From positions 1-40,277 of the forward strand of contig JBDRNT010000115.1 of assembly GCA_043810925.1 (NCBI GenBank): a stretch of DNA of 40,277 nt, in the 5' to 3' direction. Shown piece by piece: positions 11,105 through 18,816 of this stretch (positions are counted from its first letter, which is position 1; each line of letters opens with the position of its first letter). This stretch comes from Candidatus Eiseniibacteriota bacterium. Lineage in GTDB: Bacteria; Arandabacterota; Arandabacteria; Arandabacterales; Arandabacteraceae. The notes beneath the pieces are model-generated. The model did no database searches. It saw only the letters and a program-made list of their open reading frames with translations, and was not told the origin of the DNA. The position numbers and the translations under genes were made by a program.

Positions 11105-12091
11105 TTAAGCCACATCGATCAGTTGCTGCTCTACCCTTGCGAGATCCATCTCACCGAGACCCATCTCGTGCCCTATCCGGATGTAACCGATGTCCTCTCC
11201 GGACAGTTCCTGCCCGGTCAGGTCCCGAAAAAGGCTTGCCCCGTAGGAATCGACGGCAACGGGATCGGTGCCGACTATCAGGTGCCGCCCCAGTATGACA
11301 TCCTCGGGCGTACCCGCGTTGGGGCCGTGCGCCTTGAGTACACGGAAGGCATCCATGATTGTAAGATGCGGCTTTATCACCGTGTTTATGTCCGCAAGTT
11401 TCTGATCGAAGTCCGGGTGAATGCTCTCACGATTCCCGCCTATGAGACCCATGAGATTCTTCATCCCCATCGTCAATCGCGCCATGCTGTGATGCTTTAA
11501 GACGGGCACATTGATCAGGACGTCGGCATCAAACGCATCCGCATACATCTTCCAGGACTTGATGCTCTTGCCCTCGGGAATGGCCACGTCTTCGAATTTC
11601 CGCTCGTCCATATAGCTGATGTTCCCGCCGGCGCGCCCCACGGCTTCCTCGATACCGCTCAGCCGGTAAGTCCGACTCACGGGATTGCAGGGGTAGTCGA
11701 ACACATTGACCTGCTTGGCACCGGCGTCCTGGCACAACTCGATGATGGCCTCGACAACAAAGGGGTTGGTGTTCGCTGCCTGTTCGGGTCTCCGGCTCCA
11801 CGCGATATTGGGTTTGACCACAACTGTGTCATCCTTCTTCACGAAACGCTCAATGCCGCCGACTGCCTGGATCGCAGCCCTCACCAGCTTCATCGGGTCA
11901 TCACTGCCCCTGGCGATCGCAAGCCCGATATCCTGCCGGGCGGCCCCCTTCATGGTACGCACAACCGATGCCCCGCCGGCGACCTTCTCCTTCTCCCCAC
12001 CACATCCAATCAGGTGAGGGCATGTGGCGGCGAGCCCCGCAACGGCCATGCTCTTAAGGAATGCTCGTCTGTGCAGTTTGTTATCTTCCAT
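11105..12091 (-). CDS. DUF362-domain protein with Tat signal (possible lipoprotein)
   Basis: HRRAFLK twin-Arg signal and LIGC lipobox-like motif. VVVKPNIAW, NTNP, PVLKHHS, MKNLMG, DPVAVD. Confidence 0.88.
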   Translation of the reverse strand: MEDNKLHRRAFLKSMAVAGLAATCPHLIGCGGEKEKVAGGASVVRTMKGAARQDIGLAIARGSDDPMKLVRAAIQAVGGIERFVKKDDTVVVKPNIAWSRRPEQAANTNPFVVEAIIELCQDAGAKQVNVFDYPCNPVSRTYRLSGIEEAVGRAGGNISYMDERKFEDVAIPEGKSIKSWKMYADAFDADVLINVPVLKHHSMARLTMGMKNLMGLIGGNRESIHPDFDQKLADINTVIKPHLTIMDAFRVLKAHGPNAGTPEDVILGRHLIVGTDPVAVDSYGASLFRDLTGQELSGEDIGYIRIGHEMGLGEMDLARVEQQLIDVA

Positions 12092-12093
12092 GG

Positions 12094-13050
12094 CTATCCC
12101 TTCCCTAAGCTAAGCGTCTTCTCTATCCGTGCCAATACGTTTTTGACAAAGGCGTAGCCCGTCTCCGGGCTCTCGGCATCCCAGACACCGAGGATGTAGG
12201 TCTTATGGACGGCGACGAATGTCCTCATGCCGCTTTCAAACACAACCTCAGCCGACCCGTCACGACGCTCAAGCGTCCCCTGTCCATCCAGATGGACAAG
12301 GTATGACTCGTATGCCCCGGCCGCTGCCTGAGCGGTCGGATAGGAGATAATAAAACCGGTCGCTTCGATCTCGCCCGTCTCGTACCCCGCGACCACGCCT
12401 TCCGTATCATCGCCGAGATGGAGCACATTCTCCGGATCGATATAGCGGATGTTGTTAAGCGCAAGCGGCTTTAAGAAGTACTTCTCACTTCTTTCGACTC
12501 TCGACTGCGCCGGCAGGAGATCGATGATAGCGGGGAGATCTCCGGCCTCGGCGATGTTGGCTGCAAGCGCTTTTCCCAGGGTAAGCATGGCCGCTTCCGA
12601 TTCAGGCGCGGTCTCAAAAGCGAGCAGTCTGCAGTAGTACCTTCCCTTCCAGAAATCGAGCGAGGAGGCGGTCTTCATGGCTTCGCTTCCGATATCGACA
12701 AAGTCGGCCCCGGCGTACCGGACGGTGCTATAGATTCCGAATGCGCCGCCGGCAGTTCCCATATCGTATACGCTCATCTCGATCTCCGAGCCGGATTCGG
12801 TCGCGTATTCCCCGGCGGCCGCTGCGACAATGCCGTAATCAAAGTACATCTCTGCGCCGCCGTTTAAGAAATCGTAAAGCGTGCTGTCCCTGTACTCGGC
12901 AATCTCACCGCGAGCCCGGACACCATCAATGTCACCGGGTAGCGGAAAAAGGTGGGTGTACGCGCCTCTATCGGCACCACACCCCATTATGACGGCCAGC
13001 AGCATCCAAACGATGACGGGATGGAACGCTATATGCTTGGCTTTGCTCAT
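12094..13050 (-). CDS. Putative lipoprotein (DUF6599-like)
   Basis: Signal peptide ending in IMGC. LYDFLNGGAEMY..YG, VYDMG...AFGIYS and FWKGRYY motifs recall DUF6599 proteins found next to DUF362 genes. Confidence 0.65.
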   Translation of the reverse strand: MSKAKHIAFHPVIVWMLLAVIMGCGADRGAYTHLFPLPGDIDGVRARGEIAEYRDSTLYDFLNGGAEMYFDYGIVAAAAGEYATESGSEIEMSVYDMGTAGGAFGIYSTVRYAGADFVDIGSEAMKTASSLDFWKGRYYCRLLAFETAPESEAAMLTLGKALAANIAEAGDLPAIIDLLPAQSRVERSEKYFLKPLALNNIRYIDPENVLHLGDDTEGVVAGYETGEIEATGFIISYPTAQAAAGAYESYLVHLDGQGTLERRDGSAEVVFESGMRTFVAVHKTYILGVWDAESPETGYAFVKNVLARIEKTLSLGKG

Positions 13051-13074
13051 GGTCTTTGCTCCCCTCGCATTCGC

Positions 13075-14706
13075 TCAGACTCCCCTTCCGCCGGAATAGC
13101 GCTCCGGGTGGCGGTCTTCACCGCGCGCGGTGACACGGATGGCCGGCTCATCCTTAAGAGGGCACTTCTTTTCACAGATACCGCAGCCTATGCAGGTCTC
13201 GGTCACAACGTAGGGTCGTTTGACAATCACCGTCCTGTTTGTTTCCTGCTCTAAGACTTCGGTTTCCCAGAACTTGATCGATTTCTCCGGAGTCGGGCAG
13301 TGCTCCTCGCATACGAGGCAATTGAGGTTTTCATTCCACGGATAGCACTTGTTCTTGTTGAAATAGGCGGTGCCGATCTTGGTCTCCTTCTTCTCCTCAA
13401 GCGAGAGTCTCCCGATGGCACCCGTAGGACAGACCTCCGAACACGCGTTACACTCATAATCGCAGTAGCCCACGGCAGGCACGAGTTTGGGTGTGCCTAC
13501 ACCCTCTAAGCCGGCTTCAAAAACCGCCGGCTGAAGACCGTTCGTGGGACAGACCTTCATGCACTCCGCACACCGGATGCATCTGTCCAGGAACTCCTCT
13601 TCGGGAAGAGCTCCCGGCGGCCGGATCAACCACGGTGGGAAGTCACGATCGGATATCTTGAGTTTGAGCAAAGGTACCGTGACAGCGGCCACAGCAGCCG
13701 CTTCGAGAAACCGGCGTTTCGATAGATCGAGCCCTGCGGGAATCGCCCGCCTCTCCTTCCGGATACTCCTGATGGGAGACTGGAATTTGAGCCGCACGGC
13801 GTCCTCGGGGCAGACATCCTCGCAGTTAAAGCATTCGACGCACTCCTGCGGCCAGTATCCGCCGGCCTTCTCGGCAATCGCAGCGGTCTTGCACTCGCGG
13901 ACGCAACCGTTACACTCCGTACACTTGTCCCGATTGACGACCCACCGCAGGAAGGTGGCCTTAGAAAGGAGTCCAAGCATGGCACCGAGCGGGCAGAGAT
14001 AGCGGCACCAGAATCTCTGGTGCAGGAATGAAAGCGCCAGTATCAGCGCAAAGAAGGCAAACGAGATGTGATGGAGTGCCGTGATCGGCTGGTACCCGAT
14101 CTCAGGATTCGGAACGAACACGTACTGCTTGAGGAAGTCGTACACGGGCTCCGAGATCCGGTTCACGACGGGGACCTGCCAGAGGGGATCGAGAACGGCC
14201 CTGGCGGCGTAAGTCAGGTAGGGATAGATGGCGACAGCATAGCTTCGGGTCGCGATCGGAATCGGGTCCATCAACCATGCAATTTGAGTGCTGAAGAGTG
14301 CAGCCACCAGGAATGCACCCAGGATGTAATACTTGATATTCCGGAGACCGCCTGAATGCATGGTCACGGGCTTGCTTCGCTTCTTCCGTCTTCTCCCGGC
14401 GATGCGATCCCAGATGTCAATCGTGGTCCCGAGCGGACAGACCCAGTTACAGAAGAATCTGCCCAGTATGATCGTGAGAACGATCACGACGAGAGCGGGC
14501 ACAAACTTAGGGAAGAAGCCAGCCGCGCTACGCGCCGCCATCATCGCGGAGACGGCGGCCAGCGGGTCAAGGCGCAGAAAGGTGTCGGGCGGAAGCCAGG
14601 TCTCAACGGGTGAGACTGTCCTGATCAGCAGGATCAGGAAGAGCACGAACACCGCAACCTGAACCCCACGCCTCACTAATTTCGGTACTGATTTCGGTGA
14701 CACCAT
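13075..14706 (-). CDS. Membrane polyferredoxin (NapH/MauN-like membrane part fused to a NapG/MauM-like 4Fe-4S domain)
   Basis: GRFFCNWVCPLG and RFWCRYLCPLG, several CxxCxxCxxxCP clusters, and an internal KRRFLE before RPPGAL. The start is either the ATG at 14706 (inside the repeat) or the inferred ancestral GTG at 14676. Confidence 0.88.
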   Translation of the reverse strand: MVSPKSVPKLVRRGVQVAVFVLFLILLIRTVSPVETWLPPDTFLRLDPLAAVSAMMAARSAAGFFPKFVPALVVIVLTIILGRFFCNWVCPLGTTIDIWDRIAGRRRKKRSKPVTMHSGGLRNIKYYILGAFLVAALFSTQIAWLMDPIPIATRSYAVAIYPYLTYAARAVLDPLWQVPVVNRISEPVYDFLKQYVFVPNPEIGYQPITALHHISFAFFALILALSFLHQRFWCRYLCPLGAMLGLLSKATFLRWVVNRDKCTECNGCVRECKTAAIAEKAGGYWPQECVECFNCEDVCPEDAVRLKFQSPIRSIRKERRAIPAGLDLSKRRFLEAAAVAAVTVPLLKLKISDRDFPPWLIRPPGALPEEEFLDRCIRCAECMKVCPTNGLQPAVFEAGLEGVGTPKLVPAVGYCDYECNACSEVCPTGAIGRLSLEEKKETKIGTAYFNKNKCYPWNENLNCLVCEEHCPTPEKSIKFWETEVLEQETNRTVIVKRPYVVTETCIGCGICEKKCPLKDEPAIRVTARGEDRHPERYSGGRGV

Positions 14707-14779
14707 ACTTAATTACCTACCAGTTTCGGTGACACCATACTTAATTATCCGCCGGTTTCGGTGACACCGTACCTAATTA
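14692..14779 (+). repeat. Left array: 3 direct copies of 24-bp TTTCGGTGACACCATACTTAATTA, 32-bp period
   Basis: Copies at 14692-14715, 14724-14747 and 14756-14779 (third has 2 mismatches), with 8-nt linkers. A partial copy lies at 14679-14686 and a degenerate one near 14807-14827. Confidence 0.95.
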
Positions 14780-14842
14780 TCTGCATCCATGAGATGTCCT
14801 CCCGGCGGTTTCATGCCACACCAAACCATGTGTAGAAAACTC

Positions 14843-14871
14843 TTGAAAGATCCTGACCATGGTGCTACCAT
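14843..14871 (+). promoter_or_regulatory. Putative sigma70 promoter of the transposase (near-leaderless)
   Basis: TTGAAA (14843-48), N17, TACCAT (14866-71) with TG extension. The ATG at 14880 follows 8 nt later and has no SD. Confidence 0.5.
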
Positions 14872-14879
14872 ACCATGGG

Positions 14880-15587
14880 ATGACGAGAGTGGCAAGGGTG
14901 GTGGTACCGGATATTCCGCATCATGTTGCCCAGCGTGGTAACCGCAGGCAGCAGACTTTCTTCTGCGACTCCGACTATCGTGCTTACATTCGTATTATGT
15001 CGGAATTCTGCAGCCGACACGAAGTCGCGATATGGGCATATTGTCTGATGCCGAACCACGTGCACCTGGTGGCGGTACCCGCCACCATGGACGGACTGCG
15101 ACTGGCTATTGGGAAAGCCCATCGCCATTACACATTCGCGATCAACGCCCGGATGGAATGGAAAGGTCACCTGTGGCAGGGGCGGTTCGCATCCTGCCCG
15201 CTGGACGAGCGGCATCTGCTTGCAGCAGTCCGCTACATCGAACAGAATCCCGTTCGCGCTGACCTTGTTAAGTGTCCCGAGGAGTGGCCCTGGAGCAGTG
15301 CCGGCGCGCACCTCTCCGGCAGAGACGATGATCTGGTGTCGGCACAGCCGGTTCTTGAAATCATGCCACATTGGGAGGAGTTCCTGCGTCTTGAAGTCTC
15401 AAGAAATCCAGATTTTGGCAGGCACGAGCGAACCGGCCGCCCACTGGGCGATGAAGCCTTCATCGATTGCTGCGAGAGAGCCACGAACCGCACGCTGAGA
15501 CCCCGGAAGCGTGGGCCTAGGCCTTCCAAGAAGTACAGAATAGCACCGTGGTTGAATATGGCTTCGCCGAGACAGCCTCATAAATAA
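14880..15587 (+). CDS. REP-associated tyrosine transposase (RAYT; Y1_Tnp/IS200-IS605 TnpA superfamily)
   Basis: MTRVARVVVPDIPHHVAQRGNRRQ, YCLMPNHVHL (HUH), GHLWQGRF, RYIEQNPVRA (catalytic Tyr), WPWSSA, TGRPLG. The ORF track starts at 14859. Confidence 0.92.
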   Translation: MTRVARVVVPDIPHHVAQRGNRRQQTFFCDSDYRAYIRIMSEFCSRHEVAIWAYCLMPNHVHLVAVPATMDGLRLAIGKAHRHYTFAINARMEWKGHLWQGRFASCPLDERHLLAAVRYIEQNPVRADLVKCPEEWPWSSAGAHLSGRDDDLVSAQPVLEIMPHWEEFLRLEVSRNPDFGRHERTGRPLGDEAFIDCCERATNRTLRPRKRGPRPSKKYRIAPWLNMASPRQPHK

Positions 15588-15636
15588 GCTTGGTGTCACC
15601 GAAATAGACCCACAATTAAGTTTGGTGTCACCGAAA
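15549..15636 (-). repeat. Right array: inverted copies of the same 24-mer, 32-bp period
   Basis: Matches to TAATTAAGTATGGTGTCACCGAAA are 21/24 at 15581-15604, 22/24 at 15613-15636, and 16/24 for a degenerate copy at 15549-15572 inside the transposase 3' end. Confidence 0.92.
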
Positions 15637-16566
15637 TTAGAGGGCTGACAGATAACCGGTGGCGTGGCGGATGTCGTCGGCCGAGACGGATGAGGCAAGT
15701 TCGAGGACCTTTATGACAGGCCGGTTTATCTTGGCGAAGACGCTTGAGAAATCTATTTCTCCGGTTCCAGGGGCCTTATGATCGCCAATGAAGACGGAGT
15801 CATGGATGTGCACGCCGAAGATGTATTTCTCGAGACGATCAAGCACCTCCAGGTGAGAAGAAAAACCGAGCACCTCCTCCACGTGGGCATGGCCCAGATC
15901 GTGCCAGTAGCGCAGTCTCGCCGATGGTATCTCCTGCTTGATGGCAACCACCTCATCGGGAAGCGGGATCTGATTGTGGAAGTACCGGTTCTCGATGCAC
16001 ACCGTGATACCCGAGTCTTCCGACCGGGCAAGCAGGTCCTTGAGGCTTCTCACAGCGGAATCGAGGAAAGCGGCCTTTCGGGCATCTCTGGCTTTCTTTA
16101 CACTCTCGCGTATCCTGACGGCGTCCCCGGACGCAACACCCGCGGCCTTGACGACGTCTGCGAGCTCTTGAAAGAAGCCCCGACCCGTATCGATCTCACC
16201 CATATGAAGGATAAGGGCCCTGGCTCCCAGTCTCTTCGCAAGTTCAAGCGACCTCAGGGTCAGATTCACAGCTTCGGATCGTTCCGGCTCATCCGGTGAG
16301 GAGAGTGAAAGCGTGTCGCCGCCCCAGTTTGAGGGCTTATTGCTTGCGGGAAGCGGCGCGAAGTTATGAACACTCGACACCGTGATCCGGCCGGATCGGA
16401 CCGCCGCTTCGATCGCGGGAATCGCGTTTTCGCTCACCCTGTACTCGATCTCTAAACGCTTAAATCCCAGGGCGGCGATCTCATCGACGATCCGCGTGCC
16501 GTCTTCAATACCGGCACTGTTCCAGGAGGTCGACATGCCAAGATCAGTGAGAACCATACGCATCAC
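15637..16566 (-). CDS. Sugar-phosphate isomerase/epimerase / AP-endonuclease-2 TIM-barrel protein
   Basis: SSVHNFAP, LILHMG, IENRY, WHDLGHA, VHIHD, DHKAPGTGEIDF, VLE metal-binding pattern. Confidence 0.85.
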   Translation of the reverse strand: MMRMVLTDLGMSTSWNSAGIEDGTRIVDEIAALGFKRLEIEYRVSENAIPAIEAAVRSGRITVSSVHNFAPLPASNKPSNWGGDTLSLSSPDEPERSEAVNLTLRSLELAKRLGARALILHMGEIDTGRGFFQELADVVKAAGVASGDAVRIRESVKKARDARKAAFLDSAVRSLKDLLARSEDSGITVCIENRYFHNQIPLPDEVVAIKQEIPSARLRYWHDLGHAHVEEVLGFSSHLEVLDRLEKYIFGVHIHDSVFIGDHKAPGTGEIDFSSVFAKINRPVIKVLELASSVSADDIRHATGYLSAL

Positions 16567-16575
16567 CCAAAATGG

Positions 16576-16609
16576 AAAAGGGGCGACGGACCACTCAGCC
16601 AGCCACCCC
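16576..16609 (-). terminator. Probable intrinsic terminator after the EF-G gene
   Basis: Minus strand GGGGTGGC...GTCGCCCC stem (two G-U pairs) followed by TTTTCCATTTT, about 10 nt after the fusA stop. Confidence 0.5.
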
Positions 16610-16620
16610 CGGAGAGTTAC

Positions 16621-18720
16621 CTACTTTTTCGCTTCTTCCTTCTCGGCCTTCGCCTCGTCGATTACCTTCTGGGCGGCCTCGTGCGGAACTTCCTCATAGT
16701 GTGAGAACTCACGTTCGTACCCGCCTCTGCCCTGGGTCATCGATCTTAAGGTGGTCGAGTACTTGTAGAGCTCTGCAAGGGGGACCTTGGCTCTTATGAC
16801 CTGAAGGTGGCCCTTGGCCTCGATGCCCTGGATCTTGCCGCGCTTGCCGGAAAGGTCACCCATAACATCACCGAGATGTTCATCAGGCACAGTCACGGTG
16901 ATGTTCATGATGGGCTCGAGCAGTATGGGCTTTGCGTCCATGAAAGACTTCTTGAAAGCCATGGATGATGCGATCTTAAACGCCATGTCCGATGAGTCGA
17001 CATCATGGTAAGAGCCGTCAAAGATCGTGGCCTTAAGATCGACGACTTTGTAGCCGGCCAGCGGCCCGGCTTCCATAGATTCAACCACACCCTTCTCGAC
17101 AGCCGGGACATACTTCGTAGGGACGGAACCTCCGACGAGCTTATTGGCGAACTCAAAGCCCGCCGATCTTGGGAGCGGCTCGACCCTTAGCCAAACATCC
17201 CCGTACTGCCCCCGGCCACCGGTCTGTTTCTTGTACTTGCCCTGCGACTCGGCCTTGTTCCTTATGGTCTCCCGAAACGCCACACGGGGCTTCAGCAGGA
17301 TGACATCGACATTGAACCGGTCTTTGAGGCGCTTTAAGACGACATCGAGATGGAGCTCGCCGAGTCCCGATATCAGTGTTTGTTTGGTCTCACCGTCGAC
17401 CGTCATCGAGAAGGTCCGATCCTCCTGATGAAGTCTCGCAAGCCCGCTCGATATCTTGTCCTCATCTCCCTTGGTCTTGGCCTCGATCGCATCCCTCACT
17501 ACCGGTTTGGGGAACTCGATCGGGTGGATGATGACGGGTGAGTTCTTAGCACACAGTGTGTCATTGGTACCCGTTTCCCGGAGCTTCACGGTTGCACCGA
17601 TGTCACCTGCGACCAGTCTGTTCACCTCACGCCTTTCCCGGCCCATCAGCGTGTAAATCTGGGTAAACCTCTCCGTAGTATCCTTGGTCACGTTGAAGAC
17701 ATCGGTACCTTCAAGGACCTTTCCGCGGTAGACTCTCAAGATCGACATGTCGCCCACGTGTGGTTCCGAGATCGTTTTAAATACAAGGGCCGCAAATGGC
17801 TCATCGGAGGAAACCTTCCGCTCGCTCTCCTCAGTCTCCTGCGGAGTCCTGGCCTTGAAAGTGCCGATATCGACCGGTGATGGAAACACATGGGTCATAC
17901 TGTCGAGTATCTGCTGTGTTCCTATGTTGAACTGTGAAGACGCGCACACCACAGGGGTGATCTTACCAGTGGCGAATCCCTGCCTGTAGGCCTGTGAGAG
18001 AACGTCCGCATTGATTTCCTTATCTTCGAGATATGCTTCCAGAAGTTCGTCACTGCATTCGGCGATGCTCTCGACCATCTTCTTTCTCATGGTCTTGGCC
18101 TGATCGACCATCTCGGCGGGGATTTCATGCATCATCCCGGCACCCGATCCGCTTCGATCGTACTTGTAGTACTTCATCGAAAACAGATCGACCACGCCTG
18201 AAAACGCGTCGCCCTTACCGACCGGAAGCTGCGCGACAACGACAGGTCCCCTGAGATGGCTCCTGGCCTGGTCGACGACCTTGTCAAAGTCGGCGTATTC
18301 CTTGTCCATGCGGTTGACCACGATCATCCTGGGAAGTGAATACTCGTCCGCGAACTCCCACACCTTCTCGGTGCCCACTTCCACACCGCCGTCGGCTTTT
18401 ACCAGGACCAGTGCCGCGTCGGCGGCCCTGATGCCCGCCTTCGTATCCCCGTAGAAGTCGGCATAGCCGGGTGTATCTATCAGGTTGATTCGAACATCCC
18501 GCCAGTCAAGATGGGCAACAGCGAGGTTTATGGTGATCTTGCGGTCTACCTCATCGTCGGCGTAATCCAGGATCGAACTGCCCTCATCCACCCTTCCGAG
18601 CCGCTGGGTGGCCTTCGCAGCAAACAGCAGGCACTCGGCGAGCGAAGTCTTGCCCGCCCCGCCGTGTGATACCAATACCACGTTTCTTATGTTACTGCTC
18701 TTGTACTCCCTCACCTGCAT
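16621..18720 (-). CDS. fusA: Elongation factor G paralogue (EF-G II type)
   Basis: SHGGAGKT, DTPGYADF, GLGELHL, KQTGGRGQYG, DGSYHDVDSS, LRSMTQGRG. Not in an str operon. Confidence 0.93.
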   Translation of the reverse strand: MQVREYKSSNIRNVVLVSHGGAGKTSLAECLLFAAKATQRLGRVDEGSSILDYADDEVDRKITINLAVAHLDWRDVRINLIDTPGYADFYGDTKAGIRAADAALVLVKADGGVEVGTEKVWEFADEYSLPRMIVVNRMDKEYADFDKVVDQARSHLRGPVVVAQLPVGKGDAFSGVVDLFSMKYYKYDRSGSGAGMMHEIPAEMVDQAKTMRKKMVESIAECSDELLEAYLEDKEINADVLSQAYRQGFATGKITPVVCASSQFNIGTQQILDSMTHVFPSPVDIGTFKARTPQETEESERKVSSDEPFAALVFKTISEPHVGDMSILRVYRGKVLEGTDVFNVTKDTTERFTQIYTLMGRERREVNRLVAGDIGATVKLRETGTNDTLCAKNSPVIIHPIEFPKPVVRDAIEAKTKGDEDKISSGLARLHQEDRTFSMTVDGETKQTLISGLGELHLDVVLKRLKDRFNVDVILLKPRVAFRETIRNKAESQGKYKKQTGGRGQYGDVWLRVEPLPRSAGFEFANKLVGGSVPTKYVPAVEKGVVESMEAGPLAGYKVVDLKATIFDGSYHDVDSSDMAFKIASSMAFKKSFMDAKPILLEPIMNITVTVPDEHLGDVMGDLSGKRGKIQGIEAKGHLQVIRAKVPLAELYKYSTTLRSMTQGRGGYEREFSHYEEVPHEAAQKVIDEAKAEKEEAKK

Positions 18721-18774
18721 CTCCCCCGTCGAAAGGTCTAAACCCGTAGAAAGGAAATCGCGAAATATGTGGGG

Positions 18775-18803
18775 AAGTTAACACCTCGCCCACAACGTGT
18801 CAA
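18775..18803 (-). promoter_or_regulatory. Putative sigma70 promoter for the EF-G paralogue
   Basis: Minus strand TTGACA (18798-18803), N17, TAACTT (18775-80) with TG extension. Confidence 0.6.
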
Positions 18804-18816
18804 GCATCCCGCAACG

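Larger units (their letters stand above)
14679..15637 (+). mobile_element. RAYT/Y1-transposase element with inverted terminal repeat arrays and apparent TA target-site duplication
   Basis: Ends are ATTTCGGT (14679-14686) and ACCGAAAT (15630-15637), each flanked by TA (14677-78 and 15638-39). Contains one HUH transposase. Removing the element gives CTC TAG TG AGG on the minus strand, an overlapping stop and start. Confidence 0.75.

Noticed and set aside
14692-14779. CRISPR array
   Set aside because: Linkers are only 8 nt, copies are mirrored in inverted orientation on the other side of a transposase, and there are no cas genes.
14880-15587. IS200/IS605 element with TnpB or IscB
   Set aside because: There is no accessory nuclease ORF. 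The protein is longer than IS200 TnpA and has RAYT-type motifs (QRGN, NPVRA, WSS).
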